Shown here: one piece after another, positions 41,321 through 50,024 of the stretch
Layout of the letters: each line of letters opens with the position of its first letter
Position numbering within the stretch: the stretch's first letter is position 1
From: Candidatus Thorarchaeota archaeon
GTDB taxonomy: Archaea > Asgardarchaeota > Thorarchaeia > Thorarchaeales > Thorarchaeaceae
Assembly (NCBI GenBank): GCA_046482545.1
Contig: JAWOEX010000021.1
Location: 103,041 to 167,040, forward strand
Direction of reading: 5' to 3'
DNA: 64,000 nt
Notes under the pieces: model-generated
The model's input: only the letters and a program-made list of their open reading frames with translations
Databases searched by the model: none
What the model was told of the DNA's origin: nothing
Made by a program: the position numbers and the translations under genes

Positions 41321-41719
41321 GTGAGTATCAAAAGAACAGAAGTGAAGAACCTGAAGTCTGGATCATATATGTTGATTGACGATGAACCATGCAAGATTGT
41401 CTCTGTAGAAAAATCTAAACCTGGCAAGCACGGTTCTGCAAAAGCAAACATAACAGCTGTGGGCTTCTTCGATAATAGGAAAAGAAATGTCGTTATGCCG
41501 GCAGACCGAATGGCGGAAGTCCCAATCATCGACAAAAGAACTGCAACAGTCATTGCTGATCAAGGGAAAACACTGAATCTGATGGATACTGAAACATACG
41601 AGTCATTCGAAGTGCCACGACCAGAAGACGCGGATGTAGCATCAGAGATTGAGGTGAACTGTACTGTCGAATATTGGGATGTCATGGGGCAGAAGGTCAT
41701 CATGCGCGTTAAGAGTTGA
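41321..41719 (+). CDS. eif5a: Translation initiation factor 5A (aIF-5A)
   Basis: KPGKHGSAK hypusine loop. SGSYMLIDDEPCKIV. Probable GTG start at 41321 within ORF 41261..41719. Confidence 0.8.
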   Translation: MSIKRTEVKNLKSGSYMLIDDEPCKIVSVEKSKPGKHGSAKANITAVGFFDNRKRNVVMPADRMAEVPIIDKRTATVIADQGKTLNLMDTETYESFEVPRPEDADVASEIEVNCTVEYWDVMGQKVIMRVKS

Positions 41720-41980
41720 CCGAGGACTATCAGTAGGATAGTATGTTGCCCTCCTATGACGGCAGCATTATTGTGCCCAATCCATAATGTGCTCAGCTAC
41801 TCAGTCATTTCCCTCCTGCAATTCCACTACTTCATGCAATATTCCGAGTGAGGTATATATCTTCATCTTTGAACAAGCTTCAAATAGCCGGAAAATTGGA
41901 TTACAATCCCCACTGTGTATTTAGTCGATATTCATTTATCAGAGGCATGTCATAGGGATGCTTAGCCAGATGTAAGGCGG

Positions 41981-42424
41981 GTGCCGTTTCAGCTCATGCA
42001 CGAATTGGATTCTACAGATGAAAGAATCATTGAGATTCTGAAGAGAAATGCTCGTAGCTCCTTAAGAGACATGGCAGACGAGGATGGAGTAAACCTTAGC
42101 GCCAGTTCCATACGAAATCGGATGCTGAAGCTCGAACAGGATGGTGTCATCAAGAATTACACCGTTGATGTCGACTATAGGAAAATGGGCTTTGCAATCC
42201 AAGTGATAGTGCTCATTCGGGCAAAACCAAAGAAGATTGATATGGTTGTCAAGGAGTTGAAAGAACACAAGAATGTGCACAACACGTACCGAACTACTGG
42301 ATCTGTTAACGTGGTCTGTCTCGTAAGAGCAAAGAATATGGAATCACTAACAGACTTCCTAGAAAATGGCCTTGAGAAGTTCGATGGAATCGAGAAATTC
42401 GAAAGCCTGCTTATTCTTGAATGA
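41981..42424 (+). CDS. Lrp/AsnC family transcriptional regulator
   Basis: DERIIEILKRNARSSLRDMADEDGVNLSASSIRNRMLKLEQDGVI plus a RAM domain. Confidence 0.8.
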   Translation: MPFQLMHELDSTDERIIEILKRNARSSLRDMADEDGVNLSASSIRNRMLKLEQDGVIKNYTVDVDYRKMGFAIQVIVLIRAKPKKIDMVVKELKEHKNVHNTYRTTGSVNVVCLVRAKNMESLTDFLENGLEKFDGIEKFESLLILE

Positions 42425-42429
42425 GAGAA

Positions 42430-42517
42430 TGGTGCGGAGGGCGAGATTTGAACTCGCGAACTCCTACGAGACTAGAGTCTGAGTCTAGCACCTTTGGCCT
42501 GGCTTGGTAACCTCCGC
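42430..42517 (-). tRNA. tRNA-Leu (anticodon CAG)
   Basis: The reverse complement folds as a cloverleaf. Acceptor GCGGAGG/CCTCCGC. Anticodon stem CTAGA/TCTAG with loop CTCAGAC. Long variable arm. T-arm GCGAG-TTCAAAT-CTCGC. 3' ACCA. Confidence 0.8.
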
Positions 42518-42747
42518 ATAATCAACCAGTAACATTCGCCTAATCCTAGAAGTTTTGCCCTTCTTTTTACATTTTTGGATAAACAGATGTACGGTTGATT
42601 TGTTCTTCATAGGAAGGTAGTGATCTCATTTTGCATCTTGGAGAAACATGAATATCATCAACCTTTTTACGTCAATTCATTTCCTGCGGTACAAGATATC
42701 TCAGCTTAAGCTATTGATACAGATTTATTGAGTCAAAAGAGTCTCCG

Positions 42748-43752
42748 GTGAAGCCGATGGAATATGCAATTGAAGTAAAAGGGCTCACAAAGCGATTTGA
42801 CGATTTCACAGCAGTCGACAATATCAGTTTCGGAGTTGAAAAAGAAGCGGTATTCGGCTTTTTGGGTCCAAACGGAGCTGGAAAAACCACGACAACACGC
42901 ATGCTCACAGGGATTTCAACACCAACTGCAGGAACAGCTCGGATAATGGGTTATGACATCCAAAAACAGTCGTTCCGTGCCAAGGAACAAATGGGTGTTG
43001 TTACAGATATCTCGAATGTGTACAATGATCTTACCGCATGGCAGAATCTCATATTCACCGGCAAGCTCTACGGGCTTCATCAAGAGGTGCGAGAAGACAG
43101 GGCTCATGAACTGCTTGACATGTTCGGATTGGAACAAGTCCGGGATGAAAACGTACGGGAATTTTCAGGGGGTATGAGACGTCGACTCACTATAGCCATG
43201 GCGCTCATCAACGACGCAAGTGTGCTATTCTTGGATGAGCCCACCACGGCCTTGGATGTTCAAAGCGTGAGAATAATCAGAGAACTCATCAGAAAACTCA
43301 ATAATCAGGGAAAAACCATTTTCCTTACAACCCATAATATGGCAGAAGCCAATGAGTTGTGTACAGAGATAGCCATCATCAATCAAGGCAGAATAGGAAC
43401 CATCGGCACACCAGAAAAGCTGAAACAAGCAATGGATAGAGTTCACTCAGTCGAGGTCATCTTCGAAAACCGCACTTCTCAAATCATCAGGGATTTGGGT
43501 GACTTAAATAGTGTACGAGAAGTCGAAAAACGCGGCGATAAGGTTCGATTGTATACAACAGAACCTTCGGCCACGCTTTCGGAGGTTTTTGCGTTCGCAG
43601 AAGACAGGAATCTGAAGCTGATAAGCGTTAACACTCTAAGCCCCACACTTGAGGATGTGTTTCTTGAGCTCACAGGAGAAAAAATCGTGAAAAGAAGAGA
43701 GCAGGGGAAAGTTAGAGCAGGTGGCAGAGGGCGACCAGCAGGGAGGAGATAA
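42748..43752 (+). CDS. ABC transporter ATP-binding protein (ABC-2 type)
   Basis: GPNGAGKTTT, FSGGMRRRLTIAMAL, LFLDEPTTALD. Confidence 0.8.
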   Translation: MKPMEYAIEVKGLTKRFDDFTAVDNISFGVEKEAVFGFLGPNGAGKTTTTRMLTGISTPTAGTARIMGYDIQKQSFRAKEQMGVVTDISNVYNDLTAWQNLIFTGKLYGLHQEVREDRAHELLDMFGLEQVRDENVREFSGGMRRRLTIAMALINDASVLFLDEPTTALDVQSVRIIRELIRKLNNQGKTIFLTTHNMAEANELCTEIAIINQGRIGTIGTPEKLKQAMDRVHSVEVIFENRTSQIIRDLGDLNSVREVEKRGDKVRLYTTEPSATLSEVFAFAEDRNLKLISVNTLSPTLEDVFLELTGEKIVKRREQGKVRAGGRGRPAGRR

Positions 43753-43755
43753 ACA

Positions 43756-44526
43756 ATGGAACGCAGTGATGGCTTATTGGACCGCATCAGAAAAGAGGCG
43801 TCACGAGCATGGGCCATAGGCTGGAAAGACATACGTGTCTACTACCTGTCGCCACCTACGCTGATGTTCGGCGTTATGTTTCCGTTTGCGCTCTTCTTCA
43901 CCTTTACAGTTGGACGGAATCTGAGTATCACCCAAATGCTGCCGGTCCTATTCTCACAAACCGTGTTCTGGGCATCCTCCACCGTGGGTCCTGTTGTCAT
44001 TCCACTAGAACGACGCATGAAAACATTCGACCGTTATCTCTCGGCACCTATGTCTCTGCTTTCTGTTATCATTGGCAAGTCGCTGGCAGGTATTGCCTTC
44101 GGTTTGATGGTATCAATCGTGCCGCTGACAATTGGCTTCCTGTTCTTCTCTCTTCACATTGCAGATATTCTACTCTTCTCGCTGGGGATTCTGCTTTCAT
44201 GTGTAGCATTTGCGGCAATGGGTATTATGTTTGCTAGTGTACCCACAGAAAATGTCGGTAACATAATGATGCCAATGAATTTCATCCGCATTCCGCTTCT
44301 GTTTATAAGCGGTATATTTATTCCAATCGAAAGTTTGCCTGTTGCAGGTCAGATTCTCTCGCTTATATCACCGCTAACTCATACGCTCATACTGGTCAGG
44401 CTTGGAATGGGTGTTGAATCCTTTCCAATACCTCCTGCAGCAAGCGTATTAGCACTTATCCTTACTAGTATGATATTCTTCGTAGTCAGTATACAATTCC
44501 ACGAAATCAATAAACGAAGAGAATAG
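43756..44526 (+). CDS. ABC-2 family transporter permease
   Basis: Six TM helices, directly downstream of the ATPase. Confidence 0.7.
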   Translation: MERSDGLLDRIRKEASRAWAIGWKDIRVYYLSPPTLMFGVMFPFALFFTFTVGRNLSITQMLPVLFSQTVFWASSTVGPVVIPLERRMKTFDRYLSAPMSLLSVIIGKSLAGIAFGLMVSIVPLTIGFLFFSLHIADILLFSLGILLSCVAFAAMGIMFASVPTENVGNIMMPMNFIRIPLLFISGIFIPIESLPVAGQILSLISPLTHTLILVRLGMGVESFPIPPAASVLALILTSMIFFVVSIQFHEINKRRE

Positions 44527-44591
44527 AAATCATTGCCGTACAATCTCCGAGCAGTGTCCGGCAGGATATCGGCGGTCAAACTACTGAGGGA

Positions 44592-45290
44592 CTACTGTAA
44601 CTTGCGTATCTTATCGAGTAGTGCACTCATATCTGGACAGGCGCCTCTTTTCCCTCTCAGAATCTCGATGTGCCTTAGTGTTCCATCTTTGTCGATCAGA
44701 AAGATAACGCGCTTTCCGTAGCCCTTCTCCGGAACAAAGCAGTCATACTTCAGCGTAACGTCGCCGAGTGGAACGTAGTCGGAAAGAAGGGGAAAGGCAA
44801 GCCCGCCAATCTCTTCGACCCACTTGTTATTGGCATCCACTGAATCCATGTTGATAGCTAGCACCTGGGTATTCAGTTCCTCAAAATCTTCGAGATGGTT
44901 CTTATAGAAGGTAACATAGTCCTTGCAGGCTTCGTTCAGTTCACCCGGATGAAACGCAAGGAGAACGTTCTTTTCCCCTCGGAAATCGGATAACTGAATT
45001 TCTTTACCGTGTTGATTCAGCAATGAAAATTCTGGTGCCGTTTCGCCTTCATTCAAGCATACATTCTGTTCACGTAATAGCAAATTATTCACCTCCAGTA
45101 TGATTTTTTGTCTATGTTGATTTCTTATCTTAAAAAGTTCACGATTGTTAATATTTTGGCAAATCTTATCGGGAATATGTGGAGATTTTTGCAGATGGTT
45201 CACAGAGAGAAGGAAGAGAATGAGCTCAGTGCTGTTTTGAATCATTGCGCAAGACGTTTCGTAGGTATTCCCAGTCACCAATCTTGTCAA
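44592..45290 (-). CDS. Thioredoxin-fold AhpC/TSA (redoxin)-like protein
   Basis: APEFSLLNQHGKEIQLSDFRGEKNVLLAFHPG...ACKD. The true start may be internal. Confidence 0.45.
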   Translation of the reverse strand: MTRLVTGNTYETSCAMIQNSTELILFLLSVNHLQKSPHIPDKICQNINNRELFKIRNQHRQKIILEVNNLLLREQNVCLNEGETAPEFSLLNQHGKEIQLSDFRGEKNVLLAFHPGELNEACKDYVTFYKNHLEDFEELNTQVLAINMDSVDANNKWVEEIGGLAFPLLSDYVPLGDVTLKYDCFVPEKGYGKRVIFLIDKDGTLRHIEILRGKRGACPDMSALLDKIRKLQ

Positions 45291-45978
45291 CCACGTCTTG
45301 AGAAGCCAATGCTACATCGGGCCGACCGTCGAATATGACTCTTCCCTCATGTAGTACCATCAGTGATTCAGCCCAATTCTCATAATAGAATCGGTTATGG
45401 GTTGTATACATGACACTAATGTCCTGCCTGCGTAAATTGCGTATTATTTCCACGAGCCTCATTACCATCTGATAGTCCAGACCGCTGAATGGTTCGTCTA
45501 AAAGCAGTATCTTTGGATTCAGGGCGAGGATACCAGCTAGCGCAATCCGTTTTGCCTGGCCATGGCTCAGTTCGTTGATTGATCGATTTTTGTAATCTGC
45601 CATACCAACCATTTCCAGTGTCCTTTCCACCCTTTGGACTACATCCTGATGTGATAGACCTTGATTCTTCGGACCGAAGGCCACATCTTCCCACACCGTA
45701 GGAGCAAACAGCTGATCATCTGGGTTCTGAAAGAGAAGTCCAATATCCTGCCGAATCCTCCATAGATTAGAGGGCTTTAGTTCTCGTCCCAGTACTCTGA
45801 TGCTCCCTGAATCTGGTCGCAGAAGACCGACAATGAGCCGAAGCAGAGTGGTTTTGCCAGACCCATTCAACCCTACTATCGCCTTCAATTCTCCCTTCGC
45901 CAGCTCTAAATTGATTTCTTGCATAGTAAACTCACTGTAACTGAACGATACATCCTTGATATCTGTGGCATTAACCAA
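45226..45978 (-). CDS. cbiO: ECF/cobalt transporter ATPase CbiO/EcfA
   Basis: GLNGSGKTTL, LSHGQAKRIALAGIL, LLLDEPFSGLD. Confidence 0.8.
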   Translation of the reverse strand: MVNATDIKDVSFSYSEFTMQEINLELAKGELKAIVGLNGSGKTTLLRLIVGLLRPDSGSIRVLGRELKPSNLWRIRQDIGLLFQNPDDQLFAPTVWEDVAFGPKNQGLSHQDVVQRVERTLEMVGMADYKNRSINELSHGQAKRIALAGILALNPKILLLDEPFSGLDYQMVMRLVEIIRNLRRQDISVMYTTHNRFYYENWAESLMVLHEGRVIFDGRPDVALASQDVVDKIGDWEYLRNVLRNDSKQH

Positions 45979-46751
45979 TTGCAGAAAACCTCCGTGACTA
46001 GGGGGAACAACACCAGAAAGAAGCTGGCAAAAAGCGCAGCAAGCAGAAGTGCAGTATCCCCACGTTTGAATCCAGTTGCATCCATTATGTTTGCCCTTCC
46101 AAACCCACGCAGTAGCATTGCCTCGTATACAGATTCACTTCTCTGTAAGGCGCGACCAATTGTAGAACCCACCATGAAGCCGGTGGACTTTATCCTGCTC
46201 CATCTTTTCCCCTTCTGATATCCCCGTAATGCCTGGGCATCTTGCATTGTCTCCCGCTCTTCAACAAAAAGTGGAATGTATCTGAGCATTATAAGAAGAG
46301 AGGCAATGATTGAGCTCGGAATATGGAGAGACCTCAATCCCGCTGTGAACTCGGATAGGCTCATGTGTGAGAAAGTCACCATGAAAAGTAGTAGCAGAGT
46401 CATCATTCTAAAACCAAGAAAAAGACCTAACTCCAGTCCTTCCCAGTACAACGGGACATTCAACAATGGGACCCGAAAAAGTTCAGTATCACCAAAAATG
46501 AATGGCATGAAGAATATCCAGAATAGGATAACCAGTTCAAGTCTTGTGACTAATGGCAAAACACGGTGCCATGCAGTGTGCGCAACAGTTCCAAAAACCA
46601 GAATACACGCTATGATGAGAACAACAGCTACGATGCTCCGTTGTAGTGAAATAACTATACCAAGAAAAAAAGAGAAGAGAATGATTCCTGCCGGTGAGAA
46701 CCGTTCCAGATTCTCTCTAGCACTGGAGAAGGGAAGGAGGAATCGCTCCAT
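45906..46751 (-). CDS. cbiQ: ECF transporter T component CbiQ/EcfT
   Basis: Polytopic protein with AxxxRG-like motif MLLRGFG. Confidence 0.6.
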   Translation of the reverse strand: MERFLLPFSSARENLERFSPAGIILFSFFLGIVISLQRSIVAVVLIIACILVFGTVAHTAWHRVLPLVTRLELVILFWIFFMPFIFGDTELFRVPLLNVPLYWEGLELGLFLGFRMMTLLLLFMVTFSHMSLSEFTAGLRSLHIPSSIIASLLIMLRYIPLFVEERETMQDAQALRGYQKGKRWSRIKSTGFMVGSTIGRALQRSESVYEAMLLRGFGRANIMDATGFKRGDTALLLAALFASFFLVLFPLVTEVFCNWLMPQISRMYRSVTVSLLCKKSI

Positions 46752-46805
46752 TCATCTTACACTTCCAAGTCCAATCCGGGGAGGAGTATTTTAGATTGAA
46801 ATGAA

Positions 46806-47138
46806 TTACGCTTGTTCAGTTCTGCGGGCAAGCAACCAGAAGAGGAATACGCCCAGCGCAAAGACAGCAACTATCCCGATGGCACCGGTTATGACATCAG
46901 TCACTGCACCTTCTTCGAGAAAAGCGAAAATGCCCTCGAATGAAGAACGGGGCTCTCCTACACCCGCGAATTCAAAGAGTGACCATTCGAAACCGTCGGG
47001 CATATTGGATGCAAATCCGCCCAGAATAATGACGGAAACAGCTGCTATGAGGACTATGAGAATCAATACTACAAACTTCATAGCGTTTTGTCCTTCCATT
47101 TTACACACCCTCCGCATCAGGTACGACAGATATTTCAT
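46806..47138 (-). CDS. cbiN: CbiN/NikL-like small membrane component
   Basis: Two TM helices with PDGFEW motif. Confidence 0.5.
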   Translation of the reverse strand: MKYLSYLMRRVCKMEGQNAMKFVVLILIVLIAAVSVIILGGFASNMPDGFEWSLFEFAGVGEPRSSFEGIFAFLEEGAVTDVITGAIGIVAVFALGVFLFWLLARRTEQA

Positions 47139-47787
47139 CTAGTTCGCTTGAGTCCAAGAAGGAAACCAGCTCCGGTCTTGATTTCACGAAATACAGTAGA
47201 ATGACAAAAGTCAGAATTGCCTCACCCACAGCGATGATTACGTGAACGCTTGTAATTGCAATCAGGGATTCAAATCCAAACCCCGGAACTGTGAGAAGCT
47301 CGATTCCCAGTAGCATAGCTGCAATAATCGTTGTTACAAAGGATGCAATCGCTGTGGCAATTAGTACGGCACGCTTCTTGTCTAGAAAGCTTCCCAACAT
47401 CTTGAAGAGACCCTTCGCTAGAATCCACCCAAATAAACATGAAAACACACCCATATTGAATAGATTGAGACCAAAGGTAAGAAGTCCGCCATCACCATAT
47501 AGTGCTTGAACGAATAGCACCAGTGCCATTATCAATATCCCAGCCCATGGTCCAAGCATAACCGCTAGGAGAGTCGATCCCACAAGGTGTCCGCTAGATG
47601 CTGGTGGTACAGGAAAATTGACTAGCTGTACAGCAAATATGACAGCAGCCATCACTCCAATATAGGGCACGAGCCGTTCACTGTATCTATTATGAATAAT
47701 CTTCACTGAAATAATTAATATCAAACCGCTGACAACGAAGAGGAGAAGCTGTAGCCATAGCGGAACAATACCATCAGGTACATGCAT
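47101..47787 (-). CDS. cbiM: Ni/Co ECF transporter substrate component CbiM/NikM
   Basis: N-terminus MHVPDGIV matches the canonical MHIPDG. Seven TM helices. Confidence 0.75.
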   Translation of the reverse strand: MHVPDGIVPLWLQLLLFVVSGLILIISVKIIHNRYSERLVPYIGVMAAVIFAVQLVNFPVPPASSGHLVGSTLLAVMLGPWAGILIMALVLFVQALYGDGGLLTFGLNLFNMGVFSCLFGWILAKGLFKMLGSFLDKKRAVLIATAIASFVTTIIAAMLLGIELLTVPGFGFESLIAITSVHVIIAVGEAILTFVILLYFVKSRPELVSFLDSSELDEISVVPDAEGV

Positions 47788-47950
47788 TTTAATTCGTGTT
47801 ACTCCTTTTGAATTCGTGTTACTGTAAGGGCGCAGCAGTTATATTTGTTATGAATTTTTGGAATGATGTGACACGGAAGTGGTATTATCGTGACACAATG
47901 TGTTACCATAACCACAAAGTTATAGCAAACAATGAAGCACCAAAAGATGG
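47788..47950. promoter_or_regulatory. nikR-cbiM divergent intergenic region with repeated GTGTTAC/GTGACAC heptamers (candidate NikR operators)
   Basis: AATTCGTGTTACT at 47791-47803 and 47811-47823. GTGACAC twice and GTTACCATAAC further on. Confidence 0.35.
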
Positions 47951-48385
47951 TTGCGTAGCATGACTATCCAGAGATTTGGCGTTTCAGTACCCGAAGATCT
48001 ACTAGCGAAATTCGACAGAATCGTCGAAAAGAGAGATTATGTTGGCAGATCTGAAGCGATACGAGACGCGATGCGCCAGTTCATATCACAGTGGGAATGG
48101 GAGAACAAGCAAGAGGGGAGAACAGCTGCGCTGAACATTGTATATGAGCATCAGCCAAGATTGATGGCTAAGCTAATCGAAGTTCAGCATTCAGCCGAGG
48201 CACATGTGAAATCCACGGTTCATATTCACTTAACAAAGAAGCACTGCTTTGAGGTTCTCAGCATCGAAGGGAGAAAGGGGCAAATCCAACAACTAGCTGA
48301 TACAATAGCGGGCCTCCCAGGAATAGTTGCTTCACAGCTGTTTGTGTATTCGCTGGAAGATGGAGAAAGTCCCCATGAGCATTAA
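47951..48385 (+). CDS. nikR: Nickel-responsive regulator NikR
   Basis: N-terminal RHH segment RFGVSVPEDLLAKFDRIVEKRDYVGRSEAIRDAMRQFI. C-terminal metal-binding domain with H/C residues. Divergent from cbiM. Confidence 0.75.
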   Translation: MRSMTIQRFGVSVPEDLLAKFDRIVEKRDYVGRSEAIRDAMRQFISQWEWENKQEGRTAALNIVYEHQPRLMAKLIEVQHSAEAHVKSTVHIHLTKKHCFEVLSIEGRKGQIQQLADTIAGLPGIVASQLFVYSLEDGESPHEH

Positions 48386-48403
48386 TGAACTGCTGTGTAG
48401 GTT

Positions 48404-48700
48404 CTAATCCGAAAGACGTTGTATTTTGAAGACGACGGTACCACCTGACGTGTATGGTTTGCCTGGATCCAAGCACTGCACATAGTACGTATCTTTTTCA
48501 TGCGATAGGCCAATTTCATTAGCAGGTACTCCAGAACGAATAGCCAGCAAATATGGCATCCATGAGGATGATGCCCATACACAGTAGGCATCCGTCTTCT
48601 CAAGATTTAGCGCAGCTCCTTCTATGATGATTTCATCACCTTGCTCGAAGACAGGGCAAGTCCCTTCTACCTGTTCAACCGCTATTTTGATTCCTTTCAT
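48404..48700 (-). CDS. Hypothetical small protein (likely start MKGIKI)
   Basis: Within ORF 48404..48775, the upstream 5' part overlaps a conserved noncoding element. Confidence 0.35.
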   Translation of the reverse strand: MKGIKIAVEQVEGTCPVFEQGDEIIIEGAALNLEKTDAYCVWASSSWMPYLLAIRSGVPANEIGLSHEKDTYYVQCLDPGKPYTSGGTVVFKIQRLSD

Positions 48701-48785
48701 TGCGAGTAGTAATGACTGTGACTCCAAATAAACGAGCTGACTGTCCCTAACCGTTGCTGCGAAGCTCACGTACAAAGCCCCTGCT

Positions 48786-48880
48786 GACCTGAGGACCTTC
48801 GGGTACCTTGGGGGCAGCGACGCTGGCAGGGGAAGGGTGGAGCACAGAAGTTTCCTCAGTTGGGTTCACTCAACTGTAAG
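48786..48880 (+). repeat. Short conserved element, copy 1 (second copy at 56853-56925)
   Basis: About 80% identity over roughly 75 nt: GGTACCTTGRGGGC...ACGCTGG..AGGGG.AGGGTGGA.CACAGAAGTTTC. Confidence 0.5.
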
Positions 48881-49078
48881 AAATGGGTTATCAGGAAGGT
48901 GTAGAAGACAAACTAGCACTACTTGAAGAACGCATCATAGAAAATCCAAAAACCATCAGATGGCGGGTTAGAGCTTTTTTAGGACGCAAGTTGCCTGTCA
49001 GGAAGGTTGTTGAAGAAGAGAATCTGAAAGTAGGTTAGAATCTTCTCTATTGCCTACCGCCATTGTTCACGTGTTGAT

Positions 49079-49582
49079 TCATTCTTTCCAGTAGTATTCA
49101 AAATCGCAGCAATCCTCGCCTTGCATAAGCGTTTTTGACCGTCTCAATCTAACATCTGGATGGATTGCAGGGGTTGCTGGAAAGTCCTGTTTACAGTGAA
49201 GGAGATAGCCAATTTCGGTTGCGTCAAGTTTCTCAAATACTCTGGCATGGACACACTGAGTGACCATGCAGAGTGATTTGGTTTCGTCTTCTTCTGTTAT
49301 AGTGACCTCTTCGATGTTGTTCTTGTTCAGGTCGTTGACCCATTGATGCAACAGTAGCTTGACGTCTTCAAAGTTTTGAATGGGCTCATCTAGTTCTTCA
49401 ACAATACTCCTAACATCTTCAACTGCTTGGCGTTCGGCCCAATCAGAAACCATTTGGTGAGCTCTCTGTTCACCAAGACTCTTTTCCAAGGCGCGTACGA
49501 GTGATACAAGTTGTGAGGCAATGGCTTCAAAGTGCTCTTCAACAGTGATATCCATCTGATGCTCAAACTTCGAATTGGACAA
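49079..49582 (-). CDS. Hypothetical Cys-rich protein (paralog of 61240..61752)
   Basis: The C-terminal Cys pattern C-x3-C ... C ... CC-x-FE is shared with the paralog. Confidence 0.45.
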   Translation of the reverse strand: MSNSKFEHQMDITVEEHFEAIASQLVSLVRALEKSLGEQRAHQMVSDWAERQAVEDVRSIVEELDEPIQNFEDVKLLLHQWVNDLNKNNIEEVTITEEDETKSLCMVTQCVHARVFEKLDATEIGYLLHCKQDFPATPAIHPDVRLRRSKTLMQGEDCCDFEYYWKE

Positions 49583-49656
49583 GTTTCGTTCCTCATCTTA
49601 GAATTGAAAGCCAACTACATATCTTTATCTGAAAATTACAAGGAACTGCGACCTGC

Positions 49657-49917
49657 CTCATACCGGGAATCTACTGTTTGATTAACAGCAGATCTTCCAC
49701 AGTGTTTGCCACGGCGTGGCCATGATGACCCACCTCAGCCTTGTCACCGTAGCTGAGAAGATCAATCTAGACATGGTGAACAGCCGTGGGTTCTCCTGAA
49801 CTCGATGGAGTACCTTGTTTGAAGAGTGAGGGTTTCTGCTTAGAAGACTGGTCTTCCCTTAGGCTTTCGGCCGCGTGCGTCGTGTAAGAGCACTAGCCCA
49901 TTTGCCTAGTCGTGCTG
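49657..49917 (+). repeat. Long conserved element, copy 1 (second copy 56530-56795, minus)
   Basis: About 75-80% identity over roughly 260 nt, with indels. Contains a micro-ORF. Confidence 0.5.
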
Positions 49918-50024
49918 ATATCCGGTACTGTTGTCAGTCTAATGAACACATCTTTGGCCACGAGAAGGGCTTAATCAAATCTTGCAGAAATCCTATATTT
50001 TACTGCACTGATGTATTAATATTT

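Noticed and set aside
44592-45290. Calling 44592..45290 a catalytic peroxiredoxin
   Set aside because: The expected peroxidatic TPGCT/FTFVCPTE motif is not evident. Only the redoxin fold context (LAFHPG...ACKD) is seen, so I call it only an AhpC/TSA-like thioredoxin-fold protein.
48786-48880. Identification of the short repeat as a known NiCo (czcD) riboswitch
   Set aside because: I cannot match it to a remembered consensus, and that class is bacterial. I keep only the weaker statement that both copies sit next to nickel-related genes.
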